64,000 nucleotides of DNA. Source: Myxococcota bacterium (GTDB taxonomy: Bacteria; Myxococcota_A; UBA9160; PR03). The position numbers and the translations under genes were made by a program. The notes below the pieces were generated by a model. The model worked only from the letters and a program-made list of their open reading frames with translations. It searched no databases and was not told the origin of the DNA. Where the stretch lies: contig JBFIML010000023.1 in NCBI GenBank assembly GCA_041611735.1, forward strand, positions 1-64,000, read 5' to 3'. This document shows, in pieces, positions 1 to 9,244 of this stretch (the stretch's first letter is position 1; every line of letters starts with the position of its first letter).

Positions 1-12
1 GGACCGGGAGGA

Positions 13-1209
13 GTGGGAACGGGAGCGGAGTTCGAGCGGGTGCGGGAGCGCGAGGCGCGCTGGTTCCTGCCGGTGGTGCGCCGGCTGCCGGTGGCCCTGG
101 TGGAGGGGCGGGGCTCCCGGGTCCGGGACGTGGAGGGCCGCGAGTACGTGGACCTGACCGGCGGCTGGGGCGTCGTCGCCATCGGCCACTGCCACCCGGC
201 GCTGGTGGAGGCGATCGCGAGCCAGGCCGGGCGGCTCATGCAGACCACCAATCTGTTCTACACGCTGCCTCAGCTGGATCTGGCCGAGCGTCTGGCCGGG
301 CTGGCGCCAGAGCCCCTCGCGCGCTCCTTCTTCGTGAGCTCCGGCGCAGAGGCCATGGAGGCAGCCATCAAGCTCGCCCATCGGGCCACGCACCGCACGC
401 GTTTCGTCTCGACGCTCGATTCCTTCCATGGGCGAACCCTCGGCGCCCTCGCCCTGATCGGGCAGCAGAAGCACCGCGCGCCCTATGCCCGGCTGCTGCC
501 CGAGCCGCACTGGATCCGCTTCGGAGATCTCGCGGCGGCTCGCGAGGCCGTGGACGACACGACGGCAGCGGTGGTGGTAGAGCCGATCCAGGGCGAAGGC
601 GGCGTCAACGTGTCGCCCCCTGGCTTCCTGGCGGGCCTTCGCGAGCTGTGCGATCTGCACGGGGCGTTGCTGGTGTTCGATGAGATCCAGACCGGGATCG
701 GCCGCACGGGACGCTGGCTGGCCCTCGAGCACGAAGGGGTCGTGCCCGACGTCCTGACCCTCGGCAAGGGGCTCGGCGGAGGCTTCCCGGTGGCGGCTTT
801 CCTCACCACGGAACGCGTGGCGGCCACGGTCGCCCCGGGCGACCACGGCGGCACCTACGCCGGGAACCCCCTTGCCTGCGCCGCGGCGAACACGGTGCTC
901 GAGGTGGTGGCGAAGGAGAAGCTCGTGGAGCGCGCCGCCGAACTCGGCGAGCGCATCCTCGAGCGGCTGCGGGGCTTCGCAGCCGCGCACCCCGATCGCG
1001 TCGCGGACGTGCGGGGGCGGGGTCTCCTGATCGGAGTCGAGCTGCGGGATGCGGAGCGGGCGGCGACGCTCCCGCGGCGTGCCGTGGACCGGGGCGTGCT
1101 GGTCAACGTGACGGCGGAGCGCGTCCTGCGCCTGTTCCCCGCCCTGAACATCCCCGAGCAGGATCTCTGGCCGGCGCTGGACGCGGTGCTCGTGCTCCTG
1201 GCCGAGTGA
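13..1209 (+). CDS. argD: Class III aminotransferase, acetylornithine aminotransferase-like
   Basis: PLP class III motifs EPIQGEGG, FDEIQTGIGRTG, LGKGLGGG and HGGTYAGNPLA. Confidence 0.8.
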   Translation: MGTGAEFERVREREARWFLPVVRRLPVALVEGRGSRVRDVEGREYVDLTGGWGVVAIGHCHPALVEAIASQAGRLMQTTNLFYTLPQLDLAERLAGLAPEPLARSFFVSSGAEAMEAAIKLAHRATHRTRFVSTLDSFHGRTLGALALIGQQKHRAPYARLLPEPHWIRFGDLAAAREAVDDTTAAVVVEPIQGEGGVNVSPPGFLAGLRELCDLHGALLVFDEIQTGIGRTGRWLALEHEGVVPDVLTLGKGLGGGFPVAAFLTTERVAATVAPGDHGGTYAGNPLACAAANTVLEVVAKEKLVERAAELGERILERLRGFAAAHPDRVADVRGRGLLIGVELRDAERAATLPRRAVDRGVLVNVTAERVLRLFPALNIPEQDLWPALDAVLVLLAE

Positions 1210-1240
1210 GTTGCCGGAGCCTCTCGCGGAGGAGGGATCG

Positions 1241-2041
1241 ATGAAGATCGCGGAGCTCGAGGACGTCCGCTACGAGGTCGAGCGCGGCCTGGCGTGGATC
1301 ATCATCGACCGGCCGGAGCGCTACAACGCCTTTCGCGCCCGGACCGTGGACGAGCTGATCCGCTGCTTCAAGGCGGCCTGGGCAGACCCGGCCGTGGGCG
1401 TGGTGGCGCTCACGGGGGCCGGCGACAAGGCCTTCTGCGCCGGAGGCGACCAGAAGCAACGCCTGGAGACCGGCGACTACGGGCCCTCGGAGAGCGGACT
1501 CTTCGAGGTGGAGACGCTGCACCGGGTGATCCGGGACATCCCGAAGCCGGTAATCGCGGTGGTGAACGGCGTGGCCGTGGGTGGAGGCCACGTGCTCCAC
1601 GTGGTCTGCGACTTGACCATCGCCGCGGACACGGCCAGCTTCGGCCAGGCGGGCCCGCGAGTGGGCTCCTTCGACGCAGGCTTCGGCAGCGCCTATCTGG
1701 CCCGCATCCTCGGGGAGAAGCGTGCGCGCGAGGTCTGGTACCTGTGCCGCCGCTACGACGCCGCCACCATGGAGCGCTGGGGCCTGGTGAACCGGGTCGT
1801 GCCGGCGGCCGAGCTGCGGGCGGAGGTGCGGCGCTGGGCGGACGAGATGCTGGCCCTGTCCCCGACGGCCCTCAGGGTGCTGAAGCACTCCTTCAACGCC
1901 GACAGCGAAGCCATCGCCGGCATCGGGACGCTCGCCTTCGACGCCCTGGACCTCTTCGTCGAGACCCCGGAGGCGCGGGAGGGGGTGGCCGCCTTCACGG
2001 AGAAGCGCGCCCCGGATTTCTCGCGCTTCCGCCGCCGCTAG
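1241..2041 (+). CDS. Crotonase-family protein of the MenB/BadI subgroup (2-ketocyclohexanecarboxyl-CoA hydrolase-like)
   Basis: AFCAGGDQ, GGGHVLHVVCDLTIAAD, VGSFDAGFG and GEKRAREVWYLCRRY motifs; ATG at 1241 follows GGAGG; abuts a BadH-like SDR. Confidence 0.75.
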   Translation: MKIAELEDVRYEVERGLAWIIIDRPERYNAFRARTVDELIRCFKAAWADPAVGVVALTGAGDKAFCAGGDQKQRLETGDYGPSESGLFEVETLHRVIRDIPKPVIAVVNGVAVGGGHVLHVVCDLTIAADTASFGQAGPRVGSFDAGFGSAYLARILGEKRAREVWYLCRRYDAATMERWGLVNRVVPAAELRAEVRRWADEMLALSPTALRVLKHSFNADSEAIAGIGTLAFDALDLFVETPEAREGVAAFTEKRAPDFSRFRRR

Positions 2042-2782
2042 ATGACCGCACCGGGACGGGTGGCGCTGGTCACGGGAGGAGCCGGCGGAATCGGGGCTGC
2101 CGTGTGCCGGGCCCTGGCGGCGCACGGCCACCGGGTCGCCGTCGCGGACCTGGACCGCGATGGGGCCAACCGGCTCGCGTCGGAGATCGGCGGGCTCGGA
2201 CTCTCCCTGGACGTGACGGACCCGGCCTCGGTGACCGGCGCGGTCGCCACCCTGCGCGCCCGGCTGGGCCCGCCCACCGTGTGCGTCAACTGCGCCGGCT
2301 GGGACGAGCTGCGCCCCTTTCTGGACTCGGACGAGGCCTTCCAGCGCAAGGTGTTGGAGATCAACCTGGCCGGGCCGATCCGCGTCGCGCGGGCGGTGCT
2401 ACCGGACATGGTGGATGCAGGCTGGGGGCGGCTGGTGAACGTGAGCTCGGATGCCGGGCGCGTGGGCTCGTCTCTGGAAGCGATCTACTCGGCCGCCAAG
2501 GGGGGTCTCATCGCCTTCACCAAGACGGTGGCCCGCGAAACCGCGAAGCTCGGTGTGACGGCCAACTCCGTGTGCCCGGGGCCGACCGACACGCCGCTGC
2601 TGCAGCGTCTCGTCGCCGAGGGCGGCGAGAAGCTGGTGCGGGCGCTCGAGCGGTCCGTACCCATGGGGCGGCTCGGGCGCCCCGAGGACGTGGCGCCGGC
2701 GGTAGCCTTCCTCGCCTCGGAAGAGGCGGGCTTCGTGACGGGTCAGACGCTCTCGGTGAGCGGCGGCCTGACCATGGCGTGA
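2042..2782 (+). CDS. Short-chain dehydrogenase, 2-hydroxycyclohexanecarboxyl-CoA dehydrogenase (BadH)-like
   Basis: TGGAGGIG, NCAGWD, SSDAGRVGSS, YSAAKGG, VCPGPTDT and VSGGLTM are typical of BadH-type SDRs. Confidence 0.75.
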   Translation: MTAPGRVALVTGGAGGIGAAVCRALAAHGHRVAVADLDRDGANRLASEIGGLGLSLDVTDPASVTGAVATLRARLGPPTVCVNCAGWDELRPFLDSDEAFQRKVLEINLAGPIRVARAVLPDMVDAGWGRLVNVSSDAGRVGSSLEAIYSAAKGGLIAFTKTVARETAKLGVTANSVCPGPTDTPLLQRLVAEGGEKLVRALERSVPMGRLGRPEDVAPAVAFLASEEAGFVTGQTLSVSGGLTMA

Positions 2783-2841
2783 CGGCGGCTCGCCGGGGGC
2801 CGCCTGCGCGCTACGCTGGCAGGCACACGGGAGGAGTCGAC

Positions 2842-3330
2842 ATGGGAGCTGGAGCGTTGCGAACCCTCGTCGGTCGGACGGCCGTCGTGCTGCTGGCGCT
2901 CCTGGCACCGTCCGCCTGCTCCGGAGAGGAGGCGCCGCAGGCCGAACAGGCGCCCGCGCCGCCGGTGGCCGTGCCCCGCACGCCGGCCCCCGAGGGCGTG
3001 CGGCTCTACTTCATCACGCCGAAGGACGGGGAGGCGGTGACGAGCCCGCTGACGGTGCGCTTCGGACTGGCGGGTATGGGCGTCGCGCCGGCCGGCGTCG
3101 AGCGTCCGAAGACCGGCCACCACCACCTGCTGATCGACACCGAGCTCGAGAACCCGGACCAGCCCCTGCCCGCCGACGCCCAGCACGTCCACTTCGGAGG
3201 CGGGCAGACGGAGACGACCGTCGAGCTGGCGCCCGGACCCCACACGCTGCAGCTCGTACTGGGCGACCACAACCACGTGCCCTTCGATCCGCCGATCCTC
3301 TCGGAGCGCATCACGGTCACGATCCGGTAG
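2842..3330 (+). CDS. DUF4399-domain lipoprotein
   Basis: ATG after GGAGGAG; lipobox-like LAPSAC; GHHHLLID, HFGGGQTE and LAPGPHTLQLVLGD motifs. Confidence 0.8.
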   Translation: MGAGALRTLVGRTAVVLLALLAPSACSGEEAPQAEQAPAPPVAVPRTPAPEGVRLYFITPKDGEAVTSPLTVRFGLAGMGVAPAGVERPKTGHHHLLIDTELENPDQPLPADAQHVHFGGGQTETTVELAPGPHTLQLVLGDHNHVPFDPPILSERITVTIR

Positions 3331-4219
3331 CGCCGCTGGCCATCCCGGCCAGGAGGGCGCCGTAGCCCTCCCGGAAGCTCGGGTAGCGGAATCGATAGCC
3401 GAGGGCGCGCACGCGATCGTTGCGGCAGCGCTTGTTGCTGCGCCCGCGACCCGCCGCGCCCGGCGGCTCCCGCTCGGTGCGCGGCGGCGCGACGCCGAGG
3501 CGCGCCGCGAGCCAGCGCAGCACCTGGCATTCTTCGCCAGGGTCGCCGTCCACGCCCAGATAGACCGACTCGAGCTGCTCGTCCCGCAGCGCAAGCTGGA
3601 TCAGCAGGTGGAGGAGACCCGCAGCATCGTCGCGGTGGATGCGGTTGATCCAGCGCGGCGGGCCCTCCCGACAAGCGGCCTCGCCGCGCCGCACGCGCTC
3701 CAGGAGACGGGTCCGGCCCGGTCCGTAGATGCCGCCGAGACGCACCACCGTGGCGGGGAAGCGGCTCGCGAGCAGCCGCCGCTCGCCCTGGAGCAGCAGC
3801 CTCCCGGTGAAGTGTCCGGGCTCGGCGGGCGACTCCTCGTCGACCCAGCTCCCGTCCCGCTGCCCGTAGACCCCCGTGCTCGAGGTGAAGAGCACGCGGC
3901 GCGGGCGCTCGCCAGCCGCCTCGAGGGCAACGAGGAGGCTGGCGGGGCCGTCCACGTAGGCGGCCCGGTAGGCGGCCTCCTCGCCCCGATCCGCGGCCGC
4001 CGCGTACACCACCCCGTCCAGGCGGCGGGGGCCCCGGGGGTCGGCGAAGAGCGAGGCAAGACTCGCCGCATCGGTCAGGTCGGCGGCCGCCGGCCGCACG
4101 CCGGCTGGAAGCCCGGCGGGCCGCCGCCGTAGCCCCCACACCCCGTGGCCCTCGGCCACGAGCCGGCACGCCAGCTCGCTGCCCACGTAGCCACACCCGG
4201 CGATGAGGATGGCCGCCAC
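3317..4219 (-). CDS. NAD-dependent epimerase/dehydratase (atypical SDR)
   Basis: IAGCGYVG, FTSSTGVYG, RLGGIYGPGR and NRIHRDD motifs. Confidence 0.85.
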   Translation of the reverse strand: MAAILIAGCGYVGSELACRLVAEGHGVWGLRRRPAGLPAGVRPAAADLTDAASLASLFADPRGPRRLDGVVYAAAADRGEEAAYRAAYVDGPASLLVALEAAGERPRRVLFTSSTGVYGQRDGSWVDEESPAEPGHFTGRLLLQGERRLLASRFPATVVRLGGIYGPGRTRLLERVRRGEAACREGPPRWINRIHRDDAAGLLHLLIQLALRDEQLESVYLGVDGDPGEECQVLRWLAARLGVAPPRTEREPPGAAGRGRSNKRCRNDRVRALGYRFRYPSFREGYGALLAGMASGATGS

Positions 4220-4228
4220 GCGGCCAGT

Positions 4229-5002
4229 CTACCCTGGCGCCTCGGAGTGCCCGGCCCGGGGCCCGGGCTCGAAATCCACCAGGACCGGCGGGCGCAGGCC
4301 GGGATCCTCCAGCAGGCGCAGGGCGGCCTCCAGGACGGCGTGCTGTCGCTGCGGCGCGTGGGGCGCGTCGAGGGGGTAGCCGTGGGGAAACGGAACCCAC
4401 AGCGCCCGCGGCGGCCGGACCCGCTCCGCCACCTCGCGCAGCAGCTGGATCGCCACGCTGACGATCCCCTGCCGCTCGAGCTCCGCTGCCACCAGGCCCA
4501 CGGCCTGGTTGCACATGGGTCAGACGGGCACCAGGAGCGCCACGTCCACGCCGTCGGCCACCAGGCGACGGGCTGCCTCGGGCGCAGTCTCGCGCACCAG
4601 CCGGCCCACGGCGGTGAGCGACCCCATGAACGAGAGGTGGCGCCGGTTCACCTCCCCGATGCGTCCGGCCCGGGCCAGCTCCCGGATCCGGTCCACGGGA
4701 AAGGCCAGGTTCGGATCCCGGCGCATGCCGGTGTGGTCGAACGACTGGCTGCGGTGCGAGTCCAGGAGTTGCGTCGGGCGCACGTCCGCCGGGATGTCGC
4801 GGAAGCTCGGATCTCCGCCCGGCCGCGCAGCGTCGAAGGGTTCCTGGTCGGGCAGCACGAAGCCCGCGCTGGCCACGAGGGCGACGCGGCACGCCGCGAG
4901 GGGACGCGGCAGCGGCGTCCAGGGCACCGGGTCGATGCGGCGCCACCGATAGCTGCGCAGGAACAGCCGCACCGGCAACGAGAACTCGCCGAGGTCACCC
5001 AA
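4229..5002 (-). CDS. Glycine/sarcosine/betaine/proline reductase selenoprotein B (GrdB/PrdB)-family protein, predicted selenoprotein of 257 aa
   Basis: RVALVASAG, GDPSFR, DPNLAFPVDR, SFMG, then VDVALLVPV-(TGA 4520-4522)-PMCNQAVGLVAAELERQGI in one frame; TTG start at 5002 after an AGGAG; SECIS-like hairpin after the TGA. Confidence 0.85.
4487..4513 (-). promoter_or_regulatory. Putative bacterial SECIS element
   Basis: On the mRNA strand UGA CCC AUG is followed by UGC-A-ACCAGGCC-GUG-GGCCUGGU-G-GCA: a perfect 8-bp stem, a G-containing apical loop and a 3-bp lower extension. Confidence 0.7.
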
Positions 5003-5717
5003 GCCCGGCTCCTGCCTCCGGGCGCTCCGCGACGAAGAAGGTGTCGAGGAGCGCGTCCATGTGCTGGTGCGCGCGCTCGAAGCGCTCTGGTTGCGCGAGG
5101 ATCTCCGATGCGGGCTGCACGAAGGGGCCCGGGGAAAGCGCCCCGGGATCGTGGCGGACGAGCGCCTCGGCACCGGCCCGGCTGGTTTCCAGATGGAACT
5201 GCAGCCCGAGCACGCGCTCGCCCCGGGCGAAGGCCTGGCAGGCACAGGCCGCGCTGCGGGCCAGGTGGAGGGCGCCGGGCGGGGTGTCGAAGGCGTCGCC
5301 GTGCCAGTGCAGGGCCTCGAAGCGGGCAGGCAGGGCGGCGCCGTGGCGCGCCTCGGCGGCCTCCGCCGTGCGCTCCACCGGGAACCAGCCGACCTCGGGC
5401 CACGCGTTGCGGAACACCTTGGCGCCGAGCACGTGGGCCAGGAGCTGGGCGCCGAGGCAGATCCCGAGCACCGGCCGCTGCTGCGCGAGTGCGTGCTCCA
5501 GGTAGCGCTTCTCGGCGGCGAGCCAGGCGTGCCGGTCCTCCTCGTGGACGCCCATCGGCCCGCCCAGGACCACGAGGCCGTCCCAGGCGGAGGCGGGCGG
5601 CAGCCGTTCGCCGCGGTGCAGGTGCGTCGTGGCCAGGGCGTGCCCGCCACGGCGGACCCAGTCCGCGATGCAGCCGGGCCCCTCGAAGGCGGCGTGCTGG
5701 AGAACCCGGATCCGCAT
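4995..5717 (-). CDS. Type 1 glutamine amidotransferase
   Basis: LGGPMGV, LGICLGAQ (nucleophile Cys), WHGD and LQFHLE (His-Glu) motifs. Confidence 0.9.
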   Translation of the reverse strand: MRIRVLQHAAFEGPGCIADWVRRGGHALATTHLHRGERLPPASAWDGLVVLGGPMGVHEEDRHAWLAAEKRYLEHALAQQRPVLGICLGAQLLAHVLGAKVFRNAWPEVGWFPVERTAEAAEARHGAALPARFEALHWHGDAFDTPPGALHLARSAACACQAFARGERVLGLQFHLETSRAGAEALVRHDPGALSPGPFVQPASEILAQPERFERAHQHMDALLDTFFVAERPEAGAGLG

Positions 5718-5722
5718 CTTCT

Positions 5723-6448
5723 CTAGCCGTAGAGCCCGCCGTTCACGTGGATCACGCTTCCGTGGACGTAGCTGGCCCGGGTCGCCAGGAACGCCACGAC
5801 CTCCGCCACCTCTTCGGCCCGGCCCATGCGGCCCAGCGGTATGCGGGCCAGGATGTCCCGGCGCAGATCCTCCGGCAGCTCGTCCGTCATCGCGGTCTCG
5901 ATGAAGCCCGGCGCGACGGAGTTCACCAGGATGTCCCGGCCGGCCAGCTCCTGGGCCAGGGACCGGGTGAGGGCGTCGAGGCCGGCCTTGGCCATGGTGT
6001 AGGGCGACTGGCCTCGGTTGCCCGTGTGTCCCACGACGCTCGAGATCTGGATGATGCGGCCCCGCCCCTGCCGCAGCATGAAGCGACGCAGTACGAGCTT
6101 GGTCAGGTACCAGGTGCCCCGGGCCAGGTTGGCCACGGTGTCGTAGTCCTCGAGCTTCATGACGGGCATCGGCGCGTGGCGGATGACGCCAGCGTTGTTG
6201 ACGAGCACGTCCACCCGACCGGCGCGCTCGCGCAGGGCGCCCACCAGGGTGTCGATCTCTTCGGGGACGCTCAGGTCCGCAGCCAGGCAGAAGGCCTCCG
6301 GAAGCTCGGCGGCGAGCTTGCGCGCTGCCTCGCCGCTGACCCGGTGGTGCACCACCACGCGGAACCCCTCGCCGGCCAGGGCCCGGCAGCAGGCCGCCCC
6401 GATGCCCCGGGCGCCGCCCGTCACGAGCGCGACCGGTCGCGTCTCCAT
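5723..6448 (-). CDS. fabG: 3-oxoacyl-ACP reductase-like SDR
   Basis: TGGARGIG, NNAG, SSVVGHTGNRGQSPYTMAK and VAPGFIETAM; ATG after GGAGGAG. Confidence 0.75.
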   Translation of the reverse strand: METRPVALVTGGARGIGAACCRALAGEGFRVVVHHRVSGEAARKLAAELPEAFCLAADLSVPEEIDTLVGALRERAGRVDVLVNNAGVIRHAPMPVMKLEDYDTVANLARGTWYLTKLVLRRFMLRQGRGRIIQISSVVGHTGNRGQSPYTMAKAGLDALTRSLAQELAGRDILVNSVAPGFIETAMTDELPEDLRRDILARIPLGRMGRAEEVAEVVAFLATRASYVHGSVIHVNGGLYG

Positions 6449-9234
6449 GTCTCCTCCTGCCCGATCCCCACCTCGGCCAGCAGGTGGTCGAGCTCGTCGC
6501 GGCTCGCGGTCACGACCTGGCAGCCGGGCGGGAGGGCCGCCGCCAGCCGTCCGAAGTACGGTCGGTCGGCGCGCCCCTCCACGATCACCACGAGGCCGCG
6601 GTCCTCCTCCGTGCGGATCAGCCTCCCCACCATCTGCTTCAGGTTGAGCAGCATCTTGCCCAGGGTATACCGCTCGAAGGCGTCTACGCCCGCACGGCGC
6701 AGACGTTCCTCGCGGCGACGGCGCAGCTCCGTCGGCACCTCGAAGGGGAGCTTCTCGATCACAACGGCCTGCAGGTCGGAGCCCGGCAGGTCGAGTCCCT
6801 GCCAGAACTTGCGGGCCCCGAGCAGCACCGCCGAGCCGGCGCTGAAGCGCTCCACCAGGGCGTTGGGGTCGTCGCCCGCGCGCCGGGGCGCCAGCACCTC
6901 GATGCCCGCGGAGCGCAGCCGCTCCGCCAACAGGGCCGCCACATCGTGCATGCGCCGCAGGTTGGTGAAGAGACCCAGCGTGCGGCCTCCCAGGCGCAGG
7001 GCCAGGTGCTCGAGGACGGCCGCGGTCTCGCTGACCACGTCGCCTCCATCCGTGAGTGCCACCACGCGCATGTGCTCGGCATACGGGAACGGGCTCGGCT
7101 CCGAGGCGCGCAGCAGGCCCGGCGGCTCCGCTGCGCGCGCCTCCAGCTCGAGCTCGCCCAGGGCCGCAAAGGCGTCCCCATCCACGAACAGGCTCGCGGA
7201 GACGCCGGCGAAGGCGCGCAGGGAGGCCAGGAAGCGCTGGTGAAAGGCAGTGGCCGGCGAGACCGCGCGCACCAGCAGCCGCCAGCGATCCCAGGGCGGT
7301 TGCACCTTCTCGAAGGCGGCCACCGCATCGTCGCGGGTTCCGGCGAAGGCGAGTCGCAGCGCCTCGGCGGCGTGTCGGAGCTCGGCGAGGGAGCGCGCCA
7401 GGGCGGGGGAGGGATCGCGACCGCCCGCCCCCGCCTCCTCCACCTGCGACACCACGTCGAGCAGGTGGCCCGCGGCGCTCTCCGCGCACTGCGCGGCAGC
7501 CGCGAAGGCGGCCCCGGGCTGGGCGGGTACCTGCACGTCCCCGAAGTCGCCCGCCCGCTCGCCCAGGGCCTGGCCCAGGGCGGCGAGGTCGTGATGGATC
7601 GCGCGCCGCCAGGCGCGCGCGTCGCGGCGCGCCTGGCGGCGGCGGGAGACGGGAAGCAGGGGATCCGAGGCGTCGCGACCATCGGGCCGCCCGAAGATCT
7701 CGTCGAGCCGCTCCAGCACCGCCTCGGGGGCGACCTCGAGGGCGTAGACCTCGTCGGCCACGTCGGCGAGCTCGTGGGCCTCGTCCACGATGGCGACCGA
7801 GAGTTCCGGGTAGTCCGGCGGCCAGCGCAGCAGGAGGTCGTGGTTCGCCACCACGAGGTCGGCATCCGCCAGGGCGGCCCGCCGCCGGCCGAGGGGGCAG
7901 TCCGGATGGGCGCTGCACTGCTCGCGGCTGCACTGCTCGGCGCGGGCCGCCACGGAACGGCGCACCAGGTCCGCGAGGGCCGGGTGCCGGCGCAGCCAGG
8001 CGCTGGGAACCGAGCCCACCTCGCCGTGCGGGCGGATTCCTGCGCAGGCAGCGAGCAGGGCGTAGGCCATGCGGTCCTCGGGGAAGATGCGCGGCTCGTG
8101 TCCCTCGGCGAGGACCCGGGCCAGACGACGGGCGCAGACGTAGTTGGCGCGCCCCTTGATCGAGATGGCGCGAAGCTCCGGATGGCCCAGAAAGCGAGCT
8201 GCCGCTGGAATGTCCTTCTCCAGCAGCTGGTCCTGTAGGAGACGCGTGCGCGTGGACACGACCACCGGCACGCGGGACTGCGCCCGCCGCTGCTCCAGGG
8301 CCCAGGGGATCGCCGCCGCCAGGTAGGCCAGCGACTTGCCCACGCCCGTGCCGCCCTCGAGCAGGGCCAGTCCTCCCCGGGAGAGCACGCGGACGAAGTG
8401 GCGGGCCAGACGGACCTGCTCCTCGCGCACCCGATAGCGGGGAAAGTGCCGGCGGCCGCGCGCCTCGTCGCGGAGCGCATCGGCCACGGCCTCCACATCG
8501 AAGGGTACGGATGGCTCCCGGCTCGGACCGATCGTGACGAAGGAGGGTGCCGGCGCCGTGCGCAACGCCCCCGCCTCCTTGCCGAGCAACGCGAGCCAGG
8601 GGGAGTCCGGGGCCCAGGAGGCCAGGGCGTGGCGCGCCGTGGCGTAGCGCGGCGCCCCGGAACGCGCTCCTTCCCCGATCCGCGAGAGGACCCGCGCCGT
8701 GTCCAGGGCGTCCGCCAGGGCCCGGTGGCGCTCCTCGCTTCCGAGCAGGTCGCGGGTGAACGACTCGAGGCGCAGGTCCGGAGCGTCCGGATGGGTGACG
8801 GCGAGCAGATCCTGGCTGTCCAGGTAGCGGGCCTCGGCGAGGGCGGGGTCCACGAAGCGGGCCAGGAAGTGACGCTCGAAGGGGGCGTTGTGGGCCACCA
8901 GCTGCCGCGCACCGAGGGCCTCACGCACGGCTCCCACCACCTCGTCGAGGGCCGGGGCACCGGCCAGGTCTTCGTCGCAGAGGCCGGTCAGACGCTGGAT
9001 CGTGCGCGGAAGCGGGCGCGAGGGCCGCACCAGGGTCTCGAGCGTCGATACCTGGTCGCGGCCCGGATCGAGCAGGACCGCCCCGATCTCGATGATCTCG
9101 GCACCGCGCTCCCCGCTGAGCCCGGTGGTCTCGAGGTCGACCACTGCGACGGGACCCGTCGCCTCCAGCCAGGGCGCCAGTGCAGAGGCCCCGATCCCGA
9201 GGACGTGCGCTGACTCGCCGCGGATCACGGGCAC
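6421..9234 (-). CDS. dinG: DnaQ-like 3'-5' exonuclease fused to a DinG-family helicase
   Basis: N-terminal DLETTG, AHNAPFE and HRALADA (DEDDh); Walker A EGGTGVGKS, KGRANYVC with downstream Cys cluster, DEAH, GRLIRTEEDRG; start codon uncertain. Confidence 0.85.
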   Translation of the reverse strand: MPVIRGESAHVLGIGASALAPWLEATGPVAVVDLETTGLSGERGAEIIEIGAVLLDPGRDQVSTLETLVRPSRPLPRTIQRLTGLCDEDLAGAPALDEVVGAVREALGARQLVAHNAPFERHFLARFVDPALAEARYLDSQDLLAVTHPDAPDLRLESFTRDLLGSEERHRALADALDTARVLSRIGEGARSGAPRYATARHALASWAPDSPWLALLGKEAGALRTAPAPSFVTIGPSREPSVPFDVEAVADALRDEARGRRHFPRYRVREEQVRLARHFVRVLSRGGLALLEGGTGVGKSLAYLAAAIPWALEQRRAQSRVPVVVSTRTRLLQDQLLEKDIPAAARFLGHPELRAISIKGRANYVCARRLARVLAEGHEPRIFPEDRMAYALLAACAGIRPHGEVGSVPSAWLRRHPALADLVRRSVAARAEQCSREQCSAHPDCPLGRRRAALADADLVVANHDLLLRWPPDYPELSVAIVDEAHELADVADEVYALEVAPEAVLERLDEIFGRPDGRDASDPLLPVSRRRQARRDARAWRRAIHHDLAALGQALGERAGDFGDVQVPAQPGAAFAAAAQCAESAAGHLLDVVSQVEEAGAGGRDPSPALARSLAELRHAAEALRLAFAGTRDDAVAAFEKVQPPWDRWRLLVRAVSPATAFHQRFLASLRAFAGVSASLFVDGDAFAALGELELEARAAEPPGLLRASEPSPFPYAEHMRVVALTDGGDVVSETAAVLEHLALRLGGRTLGLFTNLRRMHDVAALLAERLRSAGIEVLAPRRAGDDPNALVERFSAGSAVLLGARKFWQGLDLPGSDLQAVVIEKLPFEVPTELRRRREERLRRAGVDAFERYTLGKMLLNLKQMVGRLIRTEEDRGLVVIVEGRADRPYFGRLAAALPPGCQVVTASRDELDHLLAEVGIGQEETWRRDRSRS

Positions 9235-9244
9235 CGGGAGTCCG

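Noticed and set aside
4229-5002. Pseudogene or two separate small genes
   Set aside because: The single stop is TGA at the catalytic UxxC position with a hairpin behind it and both halves intact, which fits Sec recoding better
4145-7243. Very long alternative-frame ORFs (1032 aa here; also 17094-19697, 20977-23718, 37129-39858 and the 5' part of 31602-35555)
   Set aside because: Shadow ORFs expected at this GC content; they are Arg/Pro/Gly-rich or antisense to genes with clear family motifs
6421-9234. DinG as part of a type IV CRISPR or defence system
   Set aside because: No cas genes or repeat array nearby; the DnaQ-DinG fusion is a common housekeeping form
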